Positions 1 to 8,576 of a DNA stretch of 56,235 bases are shown piece after piece. The stretch is taken from contig JBLNCF010000012.1 of NCBI GenBank assembly GCA_050260455.1, positions 1 to 56,235 of the forward strand, written 5' to 3'. A program made the position numbers and the translations under genes. Source of the DNA: Bacillota bacterium. GTDB taxonomy: Bacteria > Patescibacteriota > Minisyncoccia > Phycocordibacterales > Phycocordibacteraceae. The number at the start of each line of letters is the position of its first letter. Position 1 is the stretch's first letter. The notes beneath the pieces are model-generated. The model did no database searches. It was given only the letters and a program-made list of their open reading frames with translations, and was not told the origin of the DNA.

Positions 1-2
1 TG

Positions 3-71
3 GTTGCTTCCGAAGCCGCTCGCGCAGCCATTGAGAAGGCTGGCGGCTCCCTAATTTCCAATGTTCGCTAA
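3..71 (+). CDS. rplO: 50S ribosomal protein L15, C-terminal fragment (runs in from the window edge)
   Basis: Frame from nt 3 reads VASEAARAAIEKAGGSLISNVR*, matching the L15 C-terminal A..IEKAGG motif; directly precedes secY, overlapping its ATG by 11 nt. Confidence 0.9.
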   Translation, partial: VASEAARAAIEKAGGSLISNVR

Positions 72-1335
72 CTTCTCACACAAGGTACGACTTGCTCTAA
101 GCGATTCCGCGCTCCGTAACCGCATACTCTTCCTTGCTGGCGCGCTCGTTGTGTTCCGTGCGCTCGCTGCCATCCCTATCTCGGGCATTGACCGCGTTCG
201 TCTCGAGCAATTCTTCCAGAACAATCAGTTCTTCGGACTCCTGAACCTCTTCTCGGGAGGTGGCTTCTCGCATCTTTCTATCGTGATGCTTGGTGTTGGC
301 CCGTATATTACGGCCTCCATCATCATGCAGCTTGCGACGGTCATCTCGCCGAAGGTGAAAGCTATGTATACGGATGAGGGTGAAGCAGGTCGTGCACGGT
401 TTATTATGTGGAGCCGCCTGCTTACTATCCCGCTTGCGCTCATGCAGGGCATCGCCTTCCTCTCGCTCTTGCAGAACCAGGGCATCCTGGCACCGCTCAC
501 ACCGTTCTACACGATCGTGGACGTTACGCTTGTTGCTGCCGGCTCCATTCTTCTTATGTGGATCGGTGAACTCGTGACTGAGTTCGGTATCGGCAACGGT
601 GTTTCACTTATCATCTTCGCTGGTATCATCGCCCGTATCCCGTCGGGTATTTCCCAGGCTCTCTTCGCTGCTTCGACTGCGAACATTCCCGCCTACGTTG
701 CCTTTGCGGCTATCGCGCTTGTGGCCATCTTCCTCGTGGTGATGGTATCGGAGGCTGAACGCTCGATTCCGATTGCCTACGCTCGTCAGGTGCGCGGCGC
801 TGCCATGCAGGGAGGCGCGGCCACCTATCTTCCAATTCGTCTTCTTCAGGCCGGCGTGGTGCCGATCATTTTCGCACTTTCCCTCATCCTTCTCCCACAG
901 ATGGTCATTAACGGCCTCTCGCTTCTGGGAGTAAAGGGACTGGCTTCGGCAAGCGCCTGGTACACGGCATTCTCTAATAATCCGTGGGAGTATGGCGCCG
1001 TCTACTTCGTACTCGTGGTGATGTTCACCTACCTCTACACCTCCATTACCTTCGAGCCACATCGTGTTGCTGACAACCTCCAGAAGTCAGGGGCCTTCGT
1101 TCCAGGTGTGCGTCCTGGCCGCGAGACCGAGAAGTACATTGGTAGCGTTGTGAACCGCGTGACCTTCCCAGGCGCACTCTTCCTTGGTGTTATCGCCGTG
1201 GTTCCGTTCATCGTGAAGGGGGTCACCGGTATCTCAGCTATCCTCGTGGGTGGTACGGCGCTTCTGATCGCTGTGCAGGTGCTCCTCGACCTCATCCGGA
1301 AGGTCGATGCGCAGGTCTCGCTGCGCGAATACTAG
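61..1335 (+). CDS. secY: Preprotein translocase subunit SecY
   Basis: LGVGPYITASIIMQL, WIGELVTEFGIGNGVSLIIF, PGVRPG motifs; about 10 TM segments; follows rplO. Confidence 0.99.
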   Translation: MFANFSHKVRLALSDSALRNRILFLAGALVVFRALAAIPISGIDRVRLEQFFQNNQFFGLLNLFSGGGFSHLSIVMLGVGPYITASIIMQLATVISPKVKAMYTDEGEAGRARFIMWSRLLTIPLALMQGIAFLSLLQNQGILAPLTPFYTIVDVTLVAAGSILLMWIGELVTEFGIGNGVSLIIFAGIIARIPSGISQALFAASTANIPAYVAFAAIALVAIFLVVMVSEAERSIPIAYARQVRGAAMQGGAATYLPIRLLQAGVVPIIFALSLILLPQMVINGLSLLGVKGLASASAWYTAFSNNPWEYGAVYFVLVVMFTYLYTSITFEPHRVADNLQKSGAFVPGVRPGRETEKYIGSVVNRVTFPGALFLGVIAVVPFIVKGVTGISAILVGGTALLIAVQVLLDLIRKVDAQVSLREY

Positions 1336-1338
1336 AAC

Positions 1339-1360
1339 GAAGCCGGCGCTCGCCGGCTTC
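1339..1360 (+). terminator. Hairpin after secY
   Basis: gaagccggcg/cgccggcttc inverted repeat followed by tctc. Confidence 0.6.
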
Positions 1361-1383
1361 TCTCGTGATACATTCAAATAATC

Positions 1384-1956
1384 ATGCACCACGGTACATT
1401 CATTCTCGTTATTGGTCCTACAGGAAGCGGCAAAAGTACGCTCATGAAGCATGTGATCGCGCTCTACCCGGAGCTCGTGCTTCCGTATTCCTATACGACA
1501 CGCGCGCGCCGCGCTGATCATATTGAGAATGATCATTACAAGTTCCTCACGCGTGAAGAGTTCGAGCAAAAGATTACCGAAGGTGCATTCCTTGAGTGGG
1601 CAGAATACGGCGGTAACTACTACGGCACGCTGAAGGGAGAGGTTGAGGAGGCGCTCGCGGCAGGGAAGACGCTCCTCAAGGAGGTCGAGGTGCAGGGTGC
1701 GCGCCAGATACGCGAGCAGCTTCCTCGCGAGCAACTGCGCACCGTATTCATAAATGCCGGAAGTTGGGAGGAGCTCGAGAAGCGTGTACTTGCTCGGGCA
1801 CATATGGATGAGGCGCAGCTCGCCGAGCGTCGCAAGCGATACGAGGACGAAGTAACCTTCATGCCGGAAGCTGATTGTGTCATCGACAATACGACCGATC
1901 GCGAGGCAGCAAAGCAGGCATTTGCGGAACTGATACAATCTGCACTGCAGTCATAA
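1384..1956 (+). CDS. gmk: Guanylate kinase
   Basis: GPTGSGKST P-loop, SYTTRARR, FLEWAEYGGNYYGT GK motif. Confidence 0.97.
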   Translation: MHHGTFILVIGPTGSGKSTLMKHVIALYPELVLPYSYTTRARRADHIENDHYKFLTREEFEQKITEGAFLEWAEYGGNYYGTLKGEVEEALAAGKTLLKEVEVQGARQIREQLPREQLRTVFINAGSWEELEKRVLARAHMDEAQLAERRKRYEDEVTFMPEADCVIDNTTDREAAKQAFAELIQSALQS

Positions 1957-1965
1957 TCTATTTTC

Positions 1966-2544
1966 ATGCATTCGAACCCCGTGAACACCGTCATCTTCAC
2001 CGGCCGACCTGGTTCCGGTAAGGGAACCCAAGGAAAGCTACTGGCCGAGAGTCGCGGCTGGATGCATTTCTCGACCGGCGAGCAATTCAAAATGCTACGC
2101 GAAGAGGGTGGTGCGCTCGGGACGCGTGTGCGGGACGTATACGACGCGGGCAAGCTACTGCCGGACTGGTTCGCCACGCATCTTTTCGAAAAAGCTATAC
2201 TCGCGATCGGACAGGAAGCAGGAATGGTATGTGAAGGGTACCCCCGCTCGGTCTCGCAAGCGCAATCGTTCGTGGACATCGTTTCGTGGCTCGAGCGTCC
2301 CTACCTAGTCATTGACCTGGAAGTCTCGGATGAAGAGGTCACCAAACGCATGCTCACCCGCAATCTGACCGAGGATCGTCCAGACAGCGTCACCGAAGAG
2401 CAGATAGCGGGACGCCTCAAGACCTATCATGAGCATACGGCACCGGTACTCGCCTTCTTCAAGGAGCAGGGTACGCTTACGGTGGTGGATGGAACGGGTA
2501 CTCCAGAGGAAATTGCTGGGGCTATTCGAGAAATACTCACATGA
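1966..2544 (+). CDS. adk: Adenylate kinase (short-LID type)
   Basis: GRPGSGKGTQ, HFSTGE, G.LLPD, EGYPRS..QA motifs; upstream of map. Confidence 0.93.
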   Translation: MHSNPVNTVIFTGRPGSGKGTQGKLLAESRGWMHFSTGEQFKMLREEGGALGTRVRDVYDAGKLLPDWFATHLFEKAILAIGQEAGMVCEGYPRSVSQAQSFVDIVSWLERPYLVIDLEVSDEEVTKRMLTRNLTEDRPDSVTEEQIAGRLKTYHEHTAPVLAFFKEQGTLTVVDGTGTPEEIAGAIREILT

Positions 2545-3320
2545 TCGCCCGAACTTCCAAGGACAAAGAGAAGCTACAGGAGGCAGGGAAGCGCCTTGGA
2601 GAAGCGCTCGATGCTCTTGCGGCTATGGTTGCCCCGGGGGTTTCTACTGAAGCGCTTGAAGACAAAGCTCGAGATATCCTCGCGGGATATGGTGATGCTC
2701 CTGCGTTCCTTGATTACACCCCTGAAGGAGCACCGCGTCCGTATCCGGCTGCACTCTGCGTATCGGTGAATGACGAGGTGGTGCACGGCATTCCGCAGGA
2801 GGATCCTCGTATTCTCCAAGAAGGAGATATCGTTGCGCTCGATTTCGGACTCGTGCATGAGGGGTATGTCGTCGACTCGGCACTCACTGTGCCGGTAGGT
2901 AAAACCGACAAGGTCGCGTATGCACTTATGGCCGCGACGAGAGAGTCTTTGGAGCGTGCTATCGATGCAGCACGTCCCGGAAATCGTATCGGTGATATCT
3001 CGCATGCCACCGAGGAGGCATTCAAAGGTACGGGCTTTTCGGTGGTACGCGTGCTTGGGGGACATGGGGTAGGCGCACATGTCCATGAGGAGCCCTATAT
3101 CGCCAATACCGGGCATCCTGGTACCGGAGAAGAGATTGTTCCTGGCATGGTGCTTGCGCTTGAACCAATCGCCAACGAAGGTAAGGCTACGGTCGTGCTT
3201 GGAAAAGACGGCTACACCTATCGCACTAAGGACGGGTCGCGTTCAGCGCATTTTGAGCATACGATTCTTGTGACGGACGGGGACCCGATCGTGCTTACGC
3301 GTCGTCCTTCCGAACAATGA
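2541..3320 (+). CDS. map: Methionine aminopeptidase type I
   Basis: SVNDEVVHGIP, DSALT, GHGVG..VHEEP, LEP, SAHFEHT metal ligands. Confidence 0.98.
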   Translation: MIARTSKDKEKLQEAGKRLGEALDALAAMVAPGVSTEALEDKARDILAGYGDAPAFLDYTPEGAPRPYPAALCVSVNDEVVHGIPQEDPRILQEGDIVALDFGLVHEGYVVDSALTVPVGKTDKVAYALMAATRESLERAIDAARPGNRIGDISHATEEAFKGTGFSVVRVLGGHGVGAHVHEEPYIANTGHPGTGEEIVPGMVLALEPIANEGKATVVLGKDGYTYRTKDGSRSAHFEHTILVTDGDPIVLTRRPSEQ

Positions 3321-3745
3321 ACCCGATTTTCAAGACCGAAGAGAAACGCCGGGTATGCACTCTTGTCCCGTATTACACGGAGGATGGCTCACACTACTTC
3401 TTTGTTCAGAAGCGTTCAGCTGAACAAACACAGCCACACTCGCTTGGGCTTTTCGGGGGCGGGATGGAGGGAGAAGAAACAATCGAGGAAACGATTGAAC
3501 GAGAGATCCGCGAAGAGTTGGAGATCGCCATTTCTGGGCACCGCTTCTTTAGTACATACGAATTCGCCAAGAATATAAATCATGTATTTGTACTCGAGAC
3601 GGAGCCTGGTTTCGCCGAGCGGGTGACGGTACGTGAGGGGGAGTGGGGAAGATTCATCTCCGCAAAGGAGATTCTGGAGCATCCAGATGTGCTCGATGGC
3701 GCCCGCGTAATCTTCTCCCAGATCAATCGGTTCCTGGGGGCGTAG
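3317..3745 (+). CDS. NUDIX hydrolase
   Basis: Nudix box GGMEGEETIEETIEREIREEL. Confidence 0.9.
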   Translation: MNPIFKTEEKRRVCTLVPYYTEDGSHYFFVQKRSAEQTQPHSLGLFGGGMEGEETIEETIEREIREELEIAISGHRFFSTYEFAKNINHVFVLETEPGFAERVTVREGEWGRFISAKEILEHPDVLDGARVIFSQINRFLGA

Positions 3746-3812
3746 CATTTTTCCAGTCCTGCCTATATACTGCCCTCATATCAGCGCCCTAGGCGATTTT
3801 TTGTTATAGAAC

Positions 3813-4424
3813 ATGTCTAATCCGCATCCCAGCACCGAGCGCACGCTCGTTATCGTGAAGCCCGATGGTGTCCAGCGTGGCCTCGTTGGCGAGGTCATTA
3901 AGCGCTACGAGCAGGTAGGTCTCAAGCTCGTTGCTATTAAAATTGGCGTCCCGACTGCCGAGAAGATTGAGCAGCACTACACGCTTGATCCGAACTGGCG
4001 TCGTGTCACGGGCGAGAAGACCATCGAAAGCTACAAGGCAAAGGGCATGCAACCGCCGTCCGAGGATCCGCTTGAGATCACGGCAGTGATTCTCCAGAAC
4101 CTGAAGTCCTACATGACCTCGGGCCCGGTCGTGTTCATGGTGTGGCAGGGTGCACACGCCGTGAAGATCATCCGCAAGCTTACTGGCGGTACCGAGCCGC
4201 TTACGTCGGATGTCGGTACTATCCGTGGCGATTATGTGCTCGACTCCTACCAAATGGCCGACCTCGATGGTCGTGCTGTACGCAACGTCATTCACGCATC
4301 GGGTTCCGTGGATGAAGCAAATGCAGAGATTGCACATTGGTTCGCGCCGAGTGAAGTCGTCGATTATCGCCTCGTACAGGAAGGTATCTTGTACGACGTG
4401 AACATGGACGGCATTCTCGACTAA
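3813..4424 (+). CDS. ndk: Nucleoside-diphosphate kinase
   Basis: RTLVIVKPDGVQRGLVGEVI, GTIRGDY, catalytic NVIHAS; ~35-aa insertion after HY. Confidence 0.96.
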   Translation: MSNPHPSTERTLVIVKPDGVQRGLVGEVIKRYEQVGLKLVAIKIGVPTAEKIEQHYTLDPNWRRVTGEKTIESYKAKGMQPPSEDPLEITAVILQNLKSYMTSGPVVFMVWQGAHAVKIIRKLTGGTEPLTSDVGTIRGDYVLDSYQMADLDGRAVRNVIHASGSVDEANAEIAHWFAPSEVVDYRLVQEGILYDVNMDGILD

Positions 4425-4435
4425 CGAGAACCCCC

Positions 4436-4471
4436 AAACGAAAAGCCGCCCTCGTAGCGGCTTTTTCGTTT
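4436..4471. terminator. Intrinsic terminator after ndk
   Basis: aaacgaaaagccgc/gcggctttttcgttt stem with U-tract. Confidence 0.85.
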
Positions 4472-4487
4472 CTTCAGAGAGGGGAGG

Positions 4488-4493
4488 TATACT
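4488..4493 (+). promoter_or_regulatory. -10 box of the putative 6S RNA
   Basis: TATACT a few nt before the start of the long stem. Confidence 0.7.
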
Positions 4494-4496
4494 TAT

Positions 4497-4635
4497 GGTC
4501 GGCCATCTCCATACAAGCAACTTGCTCATTTTTCGGGAGTCTTAAATTCACGTGCGTCTGCAAAGCGTTCGCTTTCAATGACCACGATGCGGACACCCAC
4601 GTGGCACTAGAAAGTTGCCACACGGAGATGGCCAC
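4497..4635 (+). ncRNA. ssrS: Compact 6S RNA (putative)
   Basis: Rod fold: GGCCATCTCC(4501-10)/GGAGATGGCC(4624-33), GCAACTT/AAGTTGC, asymmetric central bubble containing GGGAG, then CACGTG/CACGTG and GTCTGCA/TGCGGAC around an ACC bulge (GGACACCCACGTG); own -10 box and terminator. Confidence 0.78.
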
Positions 4636-4666
4636 GAGAAAACCCCGCTTCTGCGGGGTTTTCTCG
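4635..4666. terminator. Intrinsic terminator of the ncRNA
   Basis: cgagaaaaccccgc/gcggggttttctcg perfect 14-bp stem. Confidence 0.88.
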
Positions 4667-4681
4667 TGCTACAGTTTCGAT

Positions 4682-6061
4682 ATGAAACTTACGTTCGTTG
4701 GCGGTGCCGGCACTGTCACAGGTTCCAATTTCTTGGTTGAAGGAGAGCACGGAAAGATTCTTGTCGACTGTGGTCTTGAACAGGGGAGGGATTTTGCCGA
4801 GGAAGAAATGTACGCACCATTCCCGTACGATGTGCCATCCATCGACGCGCTCGTCATCACCCATGCGCATCTAGATCACATTGGTCGTGCACCTAAGCTC
4901 ATGCGCGAAGGCTTTAAAGGGAAGGTGTATGCTTCACCGCCTACGAAGGATCTCATGGATGTGATGCTCTACGACAGCGTAAACGTGCTGTCGCAGGAAG
5001 CCGCACGTAGAGGTTTGAAGCCCATGTACGATGAGGACGATATTCGTGCTCTCATGTCCCGTGTTATCGCTGTCGAATATCACACCGAGACCGAAGTTGC
5101 TCCGGGACTCTCCGTATATCTCCGTCACACTGGCCATATCCTCGGTTCGGCAAGTATCCGCATCAAGGAAATTGCAACCGGCGCTACGCTTGCGCTCACG
5201 GGTGACATCGGCAATCCTTCGCCCTATCTTCCCGCATGGGAGCCTATTGATGACGCTGATGTCATCGTCATGGAAAGTGTGTATGGAGATCGTGTCCACC
5301 CGAATCTCGCCAATCGTGTACCGGAGCTCCGTGACACTCTGAAGCGGGCTATTGAGCGCGTCGGGGTCATTCTTATGCCGGCGTTCTCGCTTGAGCGCAG
5401 CCAGCTCATGCTCTATGAGATCTCTAATCTAATGAGTGCGGGCGAGATTCCGAAGATCCATGTTTTCCTTGATTCGCCCTTGGCTATTGCCGCCACGCGT
5501 GTGTACGAGAAGTGGGCAGGCACGTATTTCAATCATGCCGCCCAGGAAGAAACGAAGGCCGAACACAGCATCTTCCGCTTCCCAAACCTTGAAATGACCG
5601 AGTCTCGCGATGAATCGCTCTCCATTGCAGATGCGCCTATCCCAAAGATGATTATCGCGGGGGCGGGCATGAGTCACGGTGGTCGTATTGGTCAGTGGGA
5701 ACAGATGTACCTGCCTGATCCCTCCACTACGCTTCTTATCGTCGGGTACCAGGCTCCCGGCAGCCCCGGACGTATGCTCCAGGATCAGGCACCTACCGTG
5801 CGCATAAATGGAGAGGACGTACGGGTACGCGCCAAGGTAGATACGCTTTCTGCGTGGTCAGCACATGCCGATCGCGATGAGCTGGTTAAGTTTGCTGGGA
5901 GCTGTCTGCCCCACACGAAAACCTTCTTTACGGCGCTCGGTGAACCCGAGAGCGAGCGTTTCCTCGCGCAGCGCATTAACGGCTTCTTGGGTGCGAAAGC
6001 CGTAGTTTCAGGGGCAGGGCAGAGCTGGGAGATAACGAAGCAGGGTGCACGGAAGGCATAA
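4682..6061 (+). CDS. Metallo-beta-lactamase/beta-CASP family ribonuclease
   Basis: MKLTFVGGAG start, THAHLDHIG, GHILGS, TGDIG, ESVYG, SAHAD; start moved from GTG 4601 to ATG 4682 (TGcTACAGT 6 nt upstream). Confidence 0.93.
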   Translation: MKLTFVGGAGTVTGSNFLVEGEHGKILVDCGLEQGRDFAEEEMYAPFPYDVPSIDALVITHAHLDHIGRAPKLMREGFKGKVYASPPTKDLMDVMLYDSVNVLSQEAARRGLKPMYDEDDIRALMSRVIAVEYHTETEVAPGLSVYLRHTGHILGSASIRIKEIATGATLALTGDIGNPSPYLPAWEPIDDADVIVMESVYGDRVHPNLANRVPELRDTLKRAIERVGVILMPAFSLERSQLMLYEISNLMSAGEIPKIHVFLDSPLAIAATRVYEKWAGTYFNHAAQEETKAEHSIFRFPNLEMTESRDESLSIADAPIPKMIIAGAGMSHGGRIGQWEQMYLPDPSTTLLIVGYQAPGSPGRMLQDQAPTVRINGEDVRVRAKVDTLSAWSAHADRDELVKFAGSCLPHTKTFFTALGEPESERFLAQRINGFLGAKAVVSGAGQSWEITKQGARKA

Positions 6062-6080
6062 ATAAGAGCTAAGCTCTTCC

Positions 6081-7304
6081 TTATCGTGTCGTTAGGACTC
6101 TGTACCAGGGTCGTGTCGTGCGTAGAAGCTCCGCGTCCCCTGCATCAACCCGCATCTTCGTGGATACTATCAGAGGGATAAGACCAAAAAGCTTACGGTT
6201 TTCGTCAGACTGGATGTCGTATACGGCCTGATTATTTTGAGTGGTCAGCTCAATGGTTTTTGGGGTTATCGAAAGATTCTCTACGACTTGGCTTGCAGAG
6301 ACCTCGACCGGGTCGTTGCCGACCTGGAGCCCCTTGGTCGTGATGGTCACCTCGGGTGCCTGTACCTCAAGGCCCGTGTCTTTGATAACTACCGCATGGT
6401 CCGTCGGCTCAACACTGATGGATCGGTTTCCGACAGTCAGGATAAGTGCCGTATTGGTGGTCGATGCTTCCATCGTCTCTGTGCGAATAACACCCGGGGC
6501 TACCGTGAGTGGTCCGGTCTTAGCCACCAGATTACCTGCATCATACGTTCCTCCTTTCCGGAGCAGTTCTTCTACAGAGTTGCTGTGCACCGCAACCTGA
6601 CCACTCTGTATGGTGACGGGCAGTGCATTACTCTTAACGCCGGTAGCATTGGTGACGGACATTTGCACGGCTGACGAGATAGACAGGGAAGGTATTGTGA
6701 ACTCCGCATATCCATCGCTCGTTCCAGTGGTTTTTACGATCTGGGGATTCTTTACCCCAAAGGTGATGGTGAGTGGCCCGGCAAGTCCGGTACCGTGGAT
6801 CGTAGCTCGTCGCCCCGCATCAACCACACCATCCGGATTCGTTACCGACTGAATGTTAGTTATAACTGCGGGTGAAGTGGGGAGGGGGAGGTTGGGAGCC
6901 TTCGGGGTGGCCACAGGAGTTGGGGACACATAGGGCGTTTGGGGAGGCGCATTCTTGGGAACGAATATGATGATGGGGAAATAGTTGCTTCTGATTCCTG
7001 AAAGCGTGATGATCGAGACACTGACATCGATAGTCTGGAGACGACTGGGGACCGTGAAGGACACGGAAGTACCATTACCTACCGCGTTTACATACTGCGG
7101 TTCGGCATTTCCAATTTGGATGGTCAGTGGCCCTGAAAGGCCGCTACCGTACACCGTCGCGCTCTGATTAGGATAGATCGTTCCCTTCGGGGTATCTGGT
7201 GCTTGGATATCGGTAATCACGGGAACATCTGCTTGAGCGGATACGGGAGTCGAGACGCTAAATGCAAGACTGAGTACGAACAGGAGCGCGGCGAGTCTTT
7301 TCAT
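6081..7304 (-). CDS. Secreted protein with two IPT/TIG-like repeats and a C-terminal PepSY-like domain
   Basis: Signal peptide ending ..VSAQA; two repeats of VIT.IQ...AT.YG.GL.GPLTI...F.VPS; C-terminal IEL...VYDI...VDAGDAEL. Confidence 0.7.
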   Translation of the reverse strand: MKRLAALLFVLSLAFSVSTPVSAQADVPVITDIQAPDTPKGTIYPNQSATVYGSGLSGPLTIQIGNAEPQYVNAVGNGTSVSFTVPSRLQTIDVSVSIITLSGIRSNYFPIIIFVPKNAPPQTPYVSPTPVATPKAPNLPLPTSPAVITNIQSVTNPDGVVDAGRRATIHGTGLAGPLTITFGVKNPQIVKTTGTSDGYAEFTIPSLSISSAVQMSVTNATGVKSNALPVTIQSGQVAVHSNSVEELLRKGGTYDAGNLVAKTGPLTVAPGVIRTETMEASTTNTALILTVGNRSISVEPTDHAVVIKDTGLEVQAPEVTITTKGLQVGNDPVEVSASQVVENLSITPKTIELTTQNNQAVYDIQSDENRKLFGLIPLIVSTKMRVDAGDAELLRTTRPWYRVLTTR

Positions 7305-7377
7305 GTACGGAGCAAAATGGATATGCGCTCAGTATACCTAGGTTTTATAGACGCAATGGAGTAGGGAAAGGACAAGG

Positions 7378-7403
7378 AAAAGCCCCGCGAGAGCGGGGCT
7401 TTT
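7378..7403 (-). terminator. Terminator after rplT
   Basis: aaaagccccgc/gcggggctttt. Confidence 0.85.
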
Positions 7404-7418
7404 CTCTGAAGTGGCCGA

Positions 7419-7766
7419 TTAGCCGACTTTCTGTACGATCCGGGTGAAGACTTCCGGGTGCTTGGCTGCGAACTCGGAGAGGACCTTGCGGTCGAGCTCA
7501 ATGTCCTGCTTCTTCAGACCTGCGATGAACGTGCTGTACGATTTGTAGCCGTTCTCGCGGATAGCCGCATTAAGGCGAACGATCCAGAGCGAGCGGTAAT
7601 CGCTCTTGCGGTCCTTGCGGTGTGCGAAGGCATTCTTGCCTGCGTGCACCAAAGACTCCTTGGCAAGGCGCACCTTGGTCGAACGACCATGGCGGTAGCC
7701 CTTGGCGCGGAGCAAGATGTTGCGGCGGCGCTTTGCGGAATTAACTCCTCCCTTTACTCGTGACAT
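7419..7766 (-). CDS. rplT: 50S ribosomal protein L20
   Basis: MSRVKGG, AKGYR, LWIVRLNAA, YSTFI, ELDRKVLSE. Confidence 0.98.
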   Translation of the reverse strand: MSRVKGGVNSAKRRRNILLRAKGYRHGRSTKVRLAKESLVHAGKNAFAHRKDRKSDYRSLWIVRLNAAIRENGYKSYSTFIAGLKKQDIELDRKVLSEFAAKHPEVFTRIVQKVG

Positions 7767-7796
7767 ACGTGAATGGTGACTTACTAACTACGAAAA

Positions 7797-7982
7797 TTAC
7801 ACGCCCGAAAGGAAGCGGCGGCGAGAGCGAGCCGACATCTCAATGGAGGAGGCGCGCTTCTTCACACCCTTGGTGCGTCCGCGCTCCTTGGCATTGAAAT
7901 GATCCTGACCTGCCTTGCGAACGACAAGCTTGCCCTTGCGGGTCACGCGGATCCTCTTGCTGAATGACTTATTGGTTTTCAT
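7797..7982 (-). CDS. rpmI: 50S ribosomal protein L35
   Basis: MKTNKSFSKRIRVTRKGK...HFNAK; between infC and rplT; real start is ATG 7982, not 8198. Confidence 0.93.
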   Translation of the reverse strand: MKTNKSFSKRIRVTRKGKLVVRKAGQDHFNAKERGRTKGVKKRASSIEMSARSRRRFLSGV

Positions 7983-8532
7983 GGGTAGATTCTGGTTTCT
8001 TCGCACCGGCTGCCGCCTTCGGATCACGCTCGAGGATACCGGCGAAGCCCTTAGGGGACCTCGTAACCGGCTCCGCGATGCGATACGCATACGGGATGAG
8101 CATGATGAACTTCTCGAGCCGGCTCTTAAGGAATGCTTCTTCCATCCCTTTATACCGACCCTTGAGGAAAAGCTCGACACGCACCCGGTGGCCCTCATCG
8201 AGCCACTCGGCGGCCTTTTTGGCCTTCAAACGCATGTCGTTCTCTCCGGTGCCCACCTTGATCTGGACCTCCTTGGTCTCGGAAACCTTGGCTTTAGCAC
8301 GGGCAGCGCTCTCTTTCTTCTTCTGCTCGTACTGAAATTTACCATAATCCATCACTTTCGCAACGGGCGGGTTGGCTTTGGGCGAGATCTCGATCAGGTC
8401 CTGACCGGCAGCTTCGGCAGCCCGGAGAGCTTCAGAAATGGAAATAACGCCCAGGTTTTCCCCCTCGGCGCCTATGACGCGCAACTCCGGCGCGGTGATT
8501 TCTCGGTTGATGCGGACTCGTTCAGTAGCCAA
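7969..8532 (-). CDS. infC: Translation initiation factor IF-3
   Basis: RINREI, LGVISISEAL, DLIEISP..PPVAKVMDYGKFQY, KE..IK; TTG start. Confidence 0.97.
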   Translation of the reverse strand: MATERVRINREITAPELRVIGAEGENLGVISISEALRAAEAAGQDLIEISPKANPPVAKVMDYGKFQYEQKKKESAARAKAKVSETKEVQIKVGTGENDMRLKAKKAAEWLDEGHRVRVELFLKGRYKGMEEAFLKSRLEKFIMLIPYAYRIAEPVTRSPKGFAGILERDPKAAAGAKKPESTHENQ

Positions 8533-8576
8533 AGCGTTTGTATCGTTATTCTACCACGCAAAATCAAGGAAACAAG

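Noticed and set aside
2541-2544. UGA recoding (genetic code 25) as in some CPR lineages
   Set aside because: Conserved genes (adk, map, ligA, pilT-upstream receiver) end at TGA, several with normal ATGA coupling, and no gene is interrupted by TGA
4497-4666. Structured element as SRP RNA or as a riboswitch/attenuator for the MBL gene
   Set aside because: No SRP GNRA domain IV motif; the downstream gene has its own TGcTACAGT promoter after the terminator; 6S-like motifs fit better
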